A stretch of 24,000 bases of DNA from Candidatus Caldarchaeum sp. (lineage in GTDB: Archaea > Thermoproteota > Nitrososphaeria_A > Caldarchaeales > Caldarchaeaceae). A model generated the notes under the pieces. The model made no database searches and was not told the DNA's origin. It worked only from the letters and a program-made list of their open reading frames with translations. Made by a program: the position numbers and the translations under genes. Of the stretch, positions 8,904 to 16,752 are shown piece after piece. Positions within the stretch are counted from its first letter, which is position 1; each line of letters opens with the position of its first letter. The stretch spans positions 9,560-33,559 of the forward strand of contig JAWBJZ010000003.1 in assembly GCA_038832005.1 (NCBI GenBank), written 5' to 3'.

Positions 8904-9902
8904 GTGGTTGATGGGATAGGCTTGTGTGTAAGAAGCGTCGACGTGACCGCCCGTCAAGCCTCTATAGTTGCGCAGAAAGCTGAGTCGCTGGGGTTTGAAA
9001 GCTTCTGGGTCACAGAGGAGATGAGCAGGTCGTCGCCCCCCATGATCGCGCTGGCAGCATACTCAACGGAAAGAATCAAGCTTGGAACGGCTATTGTAAG
9101 CATTTACTCGCGGACACCGATGGCCACAGCCATGATGGCCGCAACCCTGCAAGAGCTTTCGGACAACCGTTTTATCCTAGGGCTGGGGAGCGGGGGGCCA
9201 GAGATAACCCGGCGGGGACATGGTTTAGACCCTGCGAAGCCTACGGAGAGGATGGAAGAATACATCAAGCTGGTCAGGTCTTTCCTCTCGGGCGATAGAG
9301 TCGCTTTAAAAGGGTTGTTCTATAAGGTCGACGACGTGAGGCTTTGGGTCAAAGTTCAACAGCCGCCGCCAGTTTTCTTGGCGGCGCTCAACCCCCGAAT
9401 GCTGACGCTAGCCGGCATGATGGCTGACGGCGTTATACTCAACCTATTCGACCCCAACGCGGCTGGCTATGTGTCTAGATGGCTTGACGAAGGCCTTCGA
9501 AGAGCTGGAAGAACATCTCAAGCTGTAAAGCGATACTCCTTCGTGTTAGCCGCAGCCTCAAGCTCCCAAGACTCGGTGACGGCCTTGAAAAAATCCATAG
9601 CCTTCTACGTCCTTGCACCGACATACCAGCGGATCTTAGCTGAGGCTGGGCATGGACATGTGGTAGAGAGGGTTTTGAGGTCTTTTGAAAACGGTGGGCG
9701 GGACGCTGCGGCGGAAAGCATTCCTAACGAGCTGGTTGAAGGCGTGGCCATACTATGCGACACACCCATCTCACAAAAACTTGAAGAATATCGGCGAGTA
9801 GGTGTCACGCCTCTCATCTACCCGCAGCCGCGTCGCGGTAAAGAACTTACAGACATTCTAAACATTATGGAGCAGGTAGCGCGACAGTGCAGCTTATATT
9901 GA
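8904..9902 (+). CDS. luciferase-like (LLM class) F420-dependent oxidoreductase
   Basis: 332 aa. GFESFWVTEE...IKLGTAIVSIYSRTP...ATLQELSDNRFILGLGSGG fits the LLM TIM-barrel pattern. It is a second paralogue of the family seen at 1200-2147. Confidence 0.8.
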   Translation: MVDGIGLCVRSVDVTARQASIVAQKAESLGFESFWVTEEMSRSSPPMIALAAYSTERIKLGTAIVSIYSRTPMATAMMAATLQELSDNRFILGLGSGGPEITRRGHGLDPAKPTERMEEYIKLVRSFLSGDRVALKGLFYKVDDVRLWVKVQQPPPVFLAALNPRMLTLAGMMADGVILNLFDPNAAGYVSRWLDEGLRRAGRTSQAVKRYSFVLAAASSSQDSVTALKKSIAFYVLAPTYQRILAEAGHGHVVERVLRSFENGGRDAAAESIPNELVEGVAILCDTPISQKLEEYRRVGVTPLIYPQPRRGKELTDILNIMEQVARQCSLY

Positions 9903-9925
9903 AGCTTGGAAAACGTTTTCCGAAT

Positions 9926-12580
9926 ATGGGGTTCATCGGCCTTTTTGAAGATTTTGTGGGGCTTAGCAGGTTTGAGCTGGGCGGGAAAGGATATGGGCTT
10001 GTCCAGATGACTGCCATGGGCTTACCAGTCCCCCCGGGCCTCATCATATTAACTTCCGCTTGTAAAGAATACTACAGAAACGGTGGCAGAGTGCCTGAAA
10101 GGTTGTTTGAAGAGCTGAGGGAAAAGCTATCCCTGCTGGAGGCTAAGACAGGTAAAAGGATGGGCGACCCCTCAAAACCTCTGCTTCTATCGGTTAGGTC
10201 GGGCGCACCGTATTCGATGCCTGGAATGATGGACACCATTCTAAACTTGGGTTTGAACGATAGAGTTGCTGAGGGTCTTGTGAAACTGACCGGCGATGAG
10301 AGGTTTGTTTACGACGCATACCGCCGTCTGGTCCAAATGTTTGGCCGCATAGCCATGGGGGTTAAGGGGGATGTTTTCGAGAAACTGTTGGATGAAACGA
10401 AGCATCGTTTAGGCGTCAAATCCGACGTGGAGATCCCTGCCTCTGAGCTGAAGAAGCTGGTGGAGCAGTTCAAAAAAGTTGTCAGAGAACACACTGGGAT
10501 GGATTTTCCCCAAGACCCTTGGAAACAGCTTCAGATGGCTGTGGAAGCTGTCTTCAAATCATGGAATAACCCGCGCGCGGTCGAGTACAGAAAGTACTAC
10601 AAAATACCTGATGATTTAGGGACTGCCGTCAACATTCAAGCCATGGTTTTCGGCAACCTCGGCGAGGACTCAGGTTCAGGCGTGGGCTTCACCCGCAACC
10701 CCTCAACGGGTGAGAAAAAGCTCTACGGCGAGTATCTTCCAAAAGCCCAGGGAGAGGATGTAGTAGCGGGGATAAGAACCCCGCTTCCCATTGAAAAAAT
10801 GCCCCCACACCTTATCAAGCAGTTAGATGAGATTGCGGCGAAGCTGGAGCAACATTTCAAAGACATGCAGGACTTTGAATTCACAGTCGAGAACGGAAAG
10901 CTCTACATGCTACAAACACGCAACGGTAAGAGAACGGCGCAGGCCGCCGTCAAGATAGCTGTTGACATGGTCAACGAGGGCCTGATTTCGCCTGAAGAGG
11001 CGATAGCCCGGATAGACCCGCTGGAGCTTAACCAGCTTCTCCACAGACGCCTTCATCCAGACATCAAAGCAACACCCATAGCTAAAGGCCTCAACGCCTC
11101 ACCGGGAGCTGCTACGGGCATAGTTGTCTTCGACACCGACGAGGCTGCTGCAAGAGGTTCTAAGGGCGAGAAGGTCATACTTGTGAGGCCTGAAACAACG
11201 CCTGAGGACATTAAAGGCATAATCGCCGCCCAAGGTGTTTTGACCTCGCGAGGAGGTATGACGTCTCACGCAGCCGTTGTTGCGCGTGGGATGGGTAAGC
11301 CTGCTGTAGTAGGGTGTGAGAGCATCAGCATATACATGGACGAGGGCTATTTCAAGACCGCTGACGGAACCGTTGTGAAACACGGCGACCTCATAACGAT
11401 TGACGGCGGCTCAGGGCTGGTTTTTCTCGGCGAAGTACCCATGGTGGAGCCTGAGTTAACCCAGGAGCTGAAAACACTTCTTAGCATAGCGGACAGGTAC
11501 AGAAGGCTCGGCGTGAGGGCTAACGCCGACACGCCTGAGGCTGCTGCCAAGGCGAGAGAGTTCGGAGCCGAGGGGATTGGGCTTTGCAGAACAGAGCGTA
11601 TGTTCAACGCACCCAACAGGCTTCCCATAGTAAGGGAGATGATCATGGCCTCAGACGATGAGGGAAGGAGGAAAGCCTTAGAGAAGCTACTTCCCTTCCA
11701 AGTCGGCGATTTCAAGGAGATCTTCACGGTTATGAGGGGGCTTCCTGTGACCGTCAGGCTGCTCGACCTACCTCTCCACGAGTTCCTGCCACCAGCCGAC
11801 CAGATTTTCAGCGAGATGCTCGAGCTCGTCAACAAGCCGGGGAAAGAGTCTGAGCTCGCTGAGAAACAAGCTTTGCTGAGAAAGGTTCAGCAGCTCCATG
11901 AACACAACCCCATGCTGGGACACCGCGGGTGCAGGCTTGCAATAACCCATCCCGAAATTTACGAGATGCAGGTCAAAGCTATCCTGACTGCTGCCATAGA
12001 TGTCAAACGCCGCCACGGCGAAACAGCCGAAATCCAGATAATGCTGCCACTCGTCAGCGACAAAAACGAGCTGATGCACTTGAAGCATGTGATAGACGAG
12101 GCCGCTGAGAAGACCTTCAAAGAACTCGGGGAAAGGGTCAACTATAAGGTGGGCACGATGGTTGAGACTCCTAGGGCTGCCATAACCGCAGCACGCATAG
12201 CCGAGGTCGCTGAGTTTTTCTCTTTCGGGACGAACGACCTGACTCAGACGACTTTCGGCTTCAGCAGGGACGATGTCGAGGCGAAGTTCATGGCAGACTA
12301 TCTCCAGCAGAAGATACTTCCCGCCAACCCGTTCGAAACAATAGACGTGCATGGTGTCGGCTGGCTTGTTAGGCATGGGGCAGCTGAGGGTAAGAGGACG
12401 AACCCAAGGCTTGAGGTTGGCATATGCGGCGAGCATGGCGGAGACCCGGCTAGCATAAGGTTCTTCCACGAAGCAGGTCTCGACTACGTAAGCGCTTCAC
12501 CATACAGAGTGCCTATCGCGAGACTTGCGGCGGCTCAAGCGGCTCTCGAAAAACGGGAAAAGATACCCATCACTATCTAA
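9926..12580 (+). CDS. ppdK: pyruvate, phosphate dikinase
   Basis: It has the ATP-grasp N-terminus (GGKGYGLVQMTAMGLPVPPG), the phosphohistidine motif (GGMTSHAAVVARGMGKPAV) and a PEP-utilising C-terminal domain (GLCRTERMF, FFSFGTNDLTQ, GICGEHGGDP). The track starts at GTG 9887, inside the previous gene. ATG 9926 is in frame and more plausible. Confidence 0.95.
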   Translation: MGFIGLFEDFVGLSRFELGGKGYGLVQMTAMGLPVPPGLIILTSACKEYYRNGGRVPERLFEELREKLSLLEAKTGKRMGDPSKPLLLSVRSGAPYSMPGMMDTILNLGLNDRVAEGLVKLTGDERFVYDAYRRLVQMFGRIAMGVKGDVFEKLLDETKHRLGVKSDVEIPASELKKLVEQFKKVVREHTGMDFPQDPWKQLQMAVEAVFKSWNNPRAVEYRKYYKIPDDLGTAVNIQAMVFGNLGEDSGSGVGFTRNPSTGEKKLYGEYLPKAQGEDVVAGIRTPLPIEKMPPHLIKQLDEIAAKLEQHFKDMQDFEFTVENGKLYMLQTRNGKRTAQAAVKIAVDMVNEGLISPEEAIARIDPLELNQLLHRRLHPDIKATPIAKGLNASPGAATGIVVFDTDEAAARGSKGEKVILVRPETTPEDIKGIIAAQGVLTSRGGMTSHAAVVARGMGKPAVVGCESISIYMDEGYFKTADGTVVKHGDLITIDGGSGLVFLGEVPMVEPELTQELKTLLSIADRYRRLGVRANADTPEAAAKAREFGAEGIGLCRTERMFNAPNRLPIVREMIMASDDEGRRKALEKLLPFQVGDFKEIFTVMRGLPVTVRLLDLPLHEFLPPADQIFSEMLELVNKPGKESELAEKQALLRKVQQLHEHNPMLGHRGCRLAITHPEIYEMQVKAILTAAIDVKRRHGETAEIQIMLPLVSDKNELMHLKHVIDEAAEKTFKELGERVNYKVGTMVETPRAAITAARIAEVAEFFSFGTNDLTQTTFGFSRDDVEAKFMADYLQQKILPANPFETIDVHGVGWLVRHGAAEGKRTNPRLEVGICGEHGGDPASIRFFHEAGLDYVSASPYRVPIARLAAAQAALEKREKIPITI

Positions 12581-13017
12581 ACGTCCGAAACCCTGTTTAC
12601 ACGGCTCTCCTGATGCAGAACCCTGTACCGAGCTAGGTTCCCAGCCCCAGACCTCTCAAGATAGCCTCTGTCGGAAAGCCGGGCCAAGTAGGTTGAGACC
12701 GTGCTTAATGGAATGGGCTCCCGATACTCGTACTGGTAGACGTCGGCCACGTCTCTCGAAGTGAAGGATGAGAAGGGGAAATGCTTCTCTATCAGGTCGA
12801 CAACTTTCGTCAGCTTGCTGCCTCTAAACTCGGGTTGACCGTCCGAGGGTCCTCCAACCAGCTCCAGAAAGTCAGCCAGCTGGAAAAGCTTCTCACGGTT
12901 CAGAGAACCCTCGAAGACGATAGATATTTTGTCCCCATCCACCGTCTCCATCTCAAACTTGACCTTCCTCTTCACACGGCTCAAGCCAGGCGAGGGCATG
13001 TCTTGAATACGTTGCAT
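12577..13017 (-). CDS. hypothetical winged-helix DNA-binding protein
   Basis: 146 aa. The C-terminal part looks like a wHTH (IPLSTVSTYLARLSDRGYLERSG..ARYRV). The N-terminal 50 aa or so are unassigned. Its stop shares bases with the ppdK stop (CTAA). Confidence 0.55.
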   Translation of the reverse strand: MQRIQDMPSPGLSRVKRKVKFEMETVDGDKISIVFEGSLNREKLFQLADFLELVGGPSDGQPEFRGSKLTKVVDLIEKHFPFSSFTSRDVADVYQYEYREPIPLSTVSTYLARLSDRGYLERSGAGNLARYRVLHQESRVNRVSDV

Positions 13018-13044
13018 TTATGCTTCAGATGGCCAAAGGACCTG

Positions 13045-13100
13045 CAAACATTATCAGGGAAATACTGGGATGCTTCAAGGATAGTACGCTCAAACATTAT
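13045..13100. promoter_or_regulatory. duplicated 10-mer CAAACATTAT in the divergent wHTH/PCNA intergenic region
   Basis: Exact copies lie at 13045-13054 and 13091-13100. Each is preceded by ATGCTTCA (13020-13027 and 13070-13077) and followed by CTGGG. The second copy lies about 27 nt upstream of the PCNA ATG and is a TATA-box candidate. Confidence 0.45.
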
Positions 13101-13127
13101 ATTGCTGGGTGATGGTTTATCTGCGGC

Positions 13128-13898
13128 ATGGGTGAAACAGCTTCCGGCTTTCGTCTGAAGCTTCCGTCGGCAGACTATTTCGCAAGCCTTGTCAGAGCGA
13201 TTTCCGCCGTCGTCGACGAGGGTTCTTTCATGGCCGACCAAGAATCTCTGAGGCTGACAGCCATGGACCCGGCACACGTCAGCCTGGTCAACTTCGTCTT
13301 AGGCCGGGAAGCTGCCGAAGAATACGCATGCGAGAAACCTGTTGAGATAAGGGTCAACATTACGGAGCTGCTGAAGTTTTTAAAGAGGGCTGGCAACGAA
13401 TCTTTAACCCTCGACTACGACGACAACGCGAAAAAACTCAAGCTTGTGTTTGAAAACACAGCGGCCCGTAAGCTTAGAACCTTCACGCTCAGCACCTTAG
13501 AATCGGCTGGCGGAGCTTCACCGGTTCCGAAACTCAGCTTCGAGGCAAAATGCAGGGTTGAGACATCGGCCTTCTACGAGGCTGTCAGCGACGCAGCTCT
13601 TGTGAGCGACTACACGCGCATAACCATAACCCCAACATCCCTCATCATCTCGAGCAAAAGCGACGTCGGAAGCCATCAGACCAAGCTTGAGAAAGACGGA
13701 AGCCTCGTATACGAGATCTCAGCCAGCAAAGAGGTTTCCGCAAGCTTTAGCCTCACATACCTAGAAAAGATAATGTCTTCCAGCAAATCGCTGTCCAACG
13801 AAACGGGGTTAGAGCTTTCAACAAACAAACCCATCAAGCTCTCGTTCCCGATAACGGCGGGCAGAATAGAGTTTCTTATCGCTCCACGTCTCGAGTAA
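13128..13898 (+). CDS. pcn: DNA polymerase sliding clamp PCNA
   Basis: 256 aa. FRLKLPSADYFASLVRAISAVVDEGSF...ESLRLTAMDPAHVSLV and the C-terminal PIKLSFPI...IEFLIAPRLE fit the PCNA pattern. Confidence 0.9.
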   Translation: MGETASGFRLKLPSADYFASLVRAISAVVDEGSFMADQESLRLTAMDPAHVSLVNFVLGREAAEEYACEKPVEIRVNITELLKFLKRAGNESLTLDYDDNAKKLKLVFENTAARKLRTFTLSTLESAGGASPVPKLSFEAKCRVETSAFYEAVSDAALVSDYTRITITPTSLIISSKSDVGSHQTKLEKDGSLVYEISASKEVSASFSLTYLEKIMSSSKSLSNETGLELSTNKPIKLSFPITAGRIEFLIAPRLE

Positions 13899-13907
13899 GC
13901 CATTAGA

Positions 13908-13915
13908 TTTATAGA
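13908..13915 (+). promoter_or_regulatory. TATA box for tRNA-Pro
   Basis: TTTATAGA is centred about 26 nt upstream of the tRNA 5' end at 13937. Confidence 0.5.
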
Positions 13916-13936
13916 ATGGGTTTTCACTCGTTGATG

Positions 13937-14012
13937 GGGGCCGTGGTCCAGCATGGTCTAAGATGCGCGGCTTGGGCCCGCGAGGTCCCCGGTTCAAATC
14001 CGGGCGGCCCCA
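13937..14012 (+). tRNA. tRNA-Pro (anticodon UGG), no intron, CCA not encoded
   Basis: I folded it by hand. The acceptor stem is GGGGCCG/CGGCCCC. The anticodon stem is CGCGG/CCGCG with loop CTTGGGC, giving anticodon TGG. The variable loop is AGGTC and the T arm is CCCGG-TTCAAAT-CCGGG. The discriminator is A. The D stem has one mismatch. Confidence 0.9.
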
Positions 14013-14125
14013 CATGGCTGAACAAGCTCTGTGGACGGATTGTTTGTCTGACCGTCGGCTAAAACATGTAAACTCCACTTACAGCACTTAAAAATTTATC
14101 ACGTATCGGGAAAACAAATGGTGGC

Positions 14126-15325
14126 GTGTTGGAGATACCTTTCGTACGTGAACCACGAGCCGACGAGCTCAGCATTATACCACGGTGGGGACAGACAGCT
14201 TCAAAAATACTGACCGTCATCAAGGAGAATGGTACTGTAGCGAAGGAGAGGTTGGCCCAGATAACCGGATACAGCTCTGGAACAATAAATGCTCAACTCA
14301 GTATGCTCAAACGCGCAAGGTTGGTGAGATACGTCGGAAAAACCGACAACCTCGACCAGTCGTCAAACCCTACGCCTACGGCTTCAGATACTGTTCCCAA
14401 GCTTAAGATGCGTCTCATAACTTGGGAGGAATATAGGCAATATGTCGAGAAGAAAAAATTTGTCACGATAGAGGGTGTGAATATAGAGGTAGGAAAATCC
14501 CACCGCATATCTATGTATGGGCCGCCAAGATCCTACGAACCAGAAACGACCACAGTATGGAGCTTCCCGAACAGAGGCGACTGGGCCACCCACGCAGGTG
14601 ACTACAGAGGGAATTGGAGTCCCTACGTTCCCAGAAACCTAATTCTCAAGTATTCAAAGCTTCGTGAGGTGGTTCTCGACCAAATGGTTGGTTCAGGTAC
14701 GACTCTCGTGGAGGCTAAGCTCTTAGGCAGAAACGCCATAGGCGTGGACATAAATTACGAGGCTTGCATACTAGCCATGGACCGACTAAACTTTGATTAC
14801 ACACCCCTCGACAATCAGACACCGGTAGAAATCAAAGTTTATCATGGTGATGCTGCGCACCTAGATGCCATAAATGACAACAGCATCGACTTAATCGCCA
14901 CTCATCCTCCTTATTGGAACATAATTCCATATAGTGAAGAAAGGCATGCCGCAGATTTATCTAACATGCGCACACTGGATGCCTACTTGGAGAAAATGCG
15001 AGAGATTGCATCAGAATCATTTAGAGTTCTGAAACCTGGAAGGTATTGTGCCATCCTTATCGGGGATACTCGCAGGCATAAGCATTATGTTCCAATATCG
15101 GCAAGGGTGATGATGGTGTTTCTAAAAGCAGGCTTCATACTTGCTGAAGACATAATCAAGTTGCAGCACAAAATGAAAACAACTAGAGAACTGTGGCGCG
15201 CTCAACGTTTCGAGACCTATGGTTTTCACAAGGTCGTCCACGAACACTTGTACATTTTTAGGAAACCAACGAGTAAAGCAGAGTATTCCAAGCTCAAACT
15301 CAGCACATCTTTTGATGAAGCATGA
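14126..15325 (+). CDS. wHTH-fused SAM-dependent methyltransferase of N6/N4 (PF01555-like) type, apparently circularly permuted, with no partner endonuclease
   Basis: 399 aa. The N-terminus is MarR-like wHTH (ILTVIKENGTVAKERLAQITGYSSGTINAQLSMLKRARLVRYVG). SAM motif I is VLDQMVGSGTTLVEAKLLGRNAIGVDIN (aa 183-210). Catalytic motif IV is IATHPPY (aa 257-263), followed by RVLKPGRYCAILIGD. The start is GTG, and a TATA-like AAAATTTAT lies at 14091-14099. Confidence 0.75.
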   Translation: MLEIPFVREPRADELSIIPRWGQTASKILTVIKENGTVAKERLAQITGYSSGTINAQLSMLKRARLVRYVGKTDNLDQSSNPTPTASDTVPKLKMRLITWEEYRQYVEKKKFVTIEGVNIEVGKSHRISMYGPPRSYEPETTTVWSFPNRGDWATHAGDYRGNWSPYVPRNLILKYSKLREVVLDQMVGSGTTLVEAKLLGRNAIGVDINYEACILAMDRLNFDYTPLDNQTPVEIKVYHGDAAHLDAINDNSIDLIATHPPYWNIIPYSEERHAADLSNMRTLDAYLEKMREIASESFRVLKPGRYCAILIGDTRRHKHYVPISARVMMVFLKAGFILAEDIIKLQHKMKTTRELWRAQRFETYGFHKVVHEHLYIFRKPTSKAEYSKLKLSTSFDEA

Positions 15326-15591
15326 CTACACGACGTTGACAAGCATTCTTGGCAGGGTTTAACTTCACACCACCTAGGAATAGGTTGGGAAGCCAGCTGG
15401 CTATATCGCTGTTTTGCGACATTACTCTTGGAAGTCACCCGGTTGGGGCAGTCATCAGAGCGAATCTGGATATTCTACGGGCTAAAAGAGGTGACGGTTT
15501 GATATGACGCATCGCGATGAGTTTTACGACAAGCGGCTGCCTTTTATAGCATTCGGGGCATAGGCCGGCGTATTGCAAGGCTGAAACGGTT

Positions 15592-16752
15592 GTGGATGGG
15601 TTTATCGTGAGTAATCCTTTTAGAGTGGGCATACGTCGTTTTTACAGTTTCATGGAGTTATCAGAGAGGATGGCCGCGGATGTCGATGCGGTGAAGACGG
15701 TTGTCGGAAACAACTTCACCGTCACAAACGTCTACTATGAAGCAGGCATACTGACATTCGAAGTAGGCGAGGCCGTCATCAAGGAAAGGTTCAAGAGATG
15801 TTTGAGACAGCTGAAGAACCTCGGATACATAGCGACTGCGCGGAAGGAGAACGGGGTGGTGAAGCTCCGGGTTTTCCCATACCTGAAACCTTCGAAGAAC
15901 GACATAAAAGTTCCTCTGATTCTTGGGCTGGTCACCGTTGTGACGGTGTCGTTTGATGGTTTCCTAAGGTCATCCAACCGTCTCTATTCTATTGTAACAC
16001 CAGGCTACGGGCTCGACGACGTTTTTTTAAACGGTCTCTACTTCTCAGCAGCCCTTCTAGCCATCATCTTCATACACGAGATGGGGCACAAGCTATCGGC
16101 TCGGGTTGATGGTGTGACCGCGAGCAATCCATACTTCATACCCGGGTTTCCCGGAATCATTCCCACGTTGGGCGCGGTCATCTTTCAGAAAGAGCCTCTC
16201 GCAAACAGGGATGACATGTTCGATATAGGGGTAAGCGGCCCCATCGCCGGATTCATAACCGCCGTAGTCGTTACCTTCGTAGCTTTCGAGACCGCTGTCT
16301 GGATTCCAGCCGACCAATACAGAGTTATCCTTGAAACAGCTGCGCGAGAGGGCACGGTTGTGGAGGTTCCCGTGATCTTCTCGTTTATCAGGCTCTTGTA
16401 CGGCAGGGCTGACCAAGTTCCTTTTTTCATGAGCGTCGGGTTCGCGGCCTGGCTGGGGATGGTGGTGACCGCGTTAAACCTTATGCCGATATGGCAGCTG
16501 GACGGGGGCCGGATATTCAGGAGCTTTCTAACAAAACGGCAGCACACAATAGCTTCGTATGCCGCGCTTGCGGTCTTGGTCTTCACAGGATACTACTTCA
16601 TGGCTCTGTTGCTGATACTGATGATGGGGAGGAGTGTGGACGTGGCTCCGCTCGACGAGGTTTCACCCCTGTCACGCTGGAGGAAGGTATCCATCGTCGG
16701 CTTGATTGCGATGCTCATACTCAGCTATGTTCCGTTAAACCGCATCTTCTAA
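15592..16752 (+). CDS. M50 family site-2 protease (membrane metalloprotease)
   Basis: 386 aa. It has the HExxH motif (IHEMGHKLS), the second motif NLMPIWQLDGGRI, and multiple TM segments. The start is uncertain: GTG 15592 or ATG 15652. TTTTATA at 15542-15548 is a possible TATA box. Confidence 0.85.
   Translation: MDGFIVSNPFRVGIRRFYSFMELSERMAADVDAVKTVVGNNFTVTNVYYEAGILTFEVGEAVIKERFKRCLRQLKNLGYIATARKENGVVKLRVFPYLKPSKNDIKVPLILGLVTVVTVSFDGFLRSSNRLYSIVTPGYGLDDVFLNGLYFSAALLAIIFIHEMGHKLSARVDGVTASNPYFIPGFPGIIPTLGAVIFQKEPLANRDDMFDIGVSGPIAGFITAVVVTFVAFETAVWIPADQYRVILETAAREGTVVEVPVIFSFIRLLYGRADQVPFFMSVGFAAWLGMVVTALNLMPIWQLDGGRIFRSFLTKRQHTIASYAALAVLVFTGYYFMALLLILMMGRSVDVAPLDEVSPLSRWRKVSIVGLIAMLILSYVPLNRIF

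Noticed and set aside
11347-12469. Long antisense ORFs inside ppdK (11768-12469, 233 aa, and 11347-11835, 162 aa).
   Set aside because: They are fully embedded opposite a strongly conserved PPDK frame. Their composition is low-complexity and Ser/Leu/Arg-rich, typical of the antisense strand of GC-rich codons. They have no motifs and no promoter space.
13818-14078. An 86-aa minus-strand ORF spanning tRNA-Pro, and plus-strand ORFs at 21185-21376 and 21294-21530 spanning tRNA-Gly.
   Set aside because: They overlap well-folded tRNA genes and their promoters. Their peptides are Pro/Arg/Gly-rich translations of tRNA stems.
15438-15444. A search for a direct repeat of the tRNA-Pro 3' end (attL/attR) that would delimit an integrated element around the methyltransferase.
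   Set aside because: The only match is 7 nt (CCCGGTT), which is not significant. There is no integrase gene. I therefore make no claim of an intact integrative element, only of a compositional islet.
15380-15470. A possible C/D-box sRNA on the minus strand, with a C-box-like CTGATGA at 15452-15458.
   Set aside because: The D' candidate is GTGA rather than CTGA. There is no C' box and no terminal CTGA D box, only CTGG. No terminal stem is evident.
15504-15563. A 19-codon micro-ORF (MTHRDEFYDKRLPFIAFGA) preceded by a perfect GAGGTGA Shine-Dalgarno-like element 9 nt upstream.
   Set aside because: It is too short to evaluate. It overlaps the TTTTATA box (15542-15548) that more plausibly serves the M50 protease gene. 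No conservation data are available. I keep it only as a note.
15435-15632. A 65-aa minus-strand ORF, and a 70-aa ORF at 15226-15438, in the spacer after the methyltransferase.
   Set aside because: They have no motifs. One overlaps the methyltransferase 3' end and the other overlaps the start of the M50 gene. Their composition is not protein-like.
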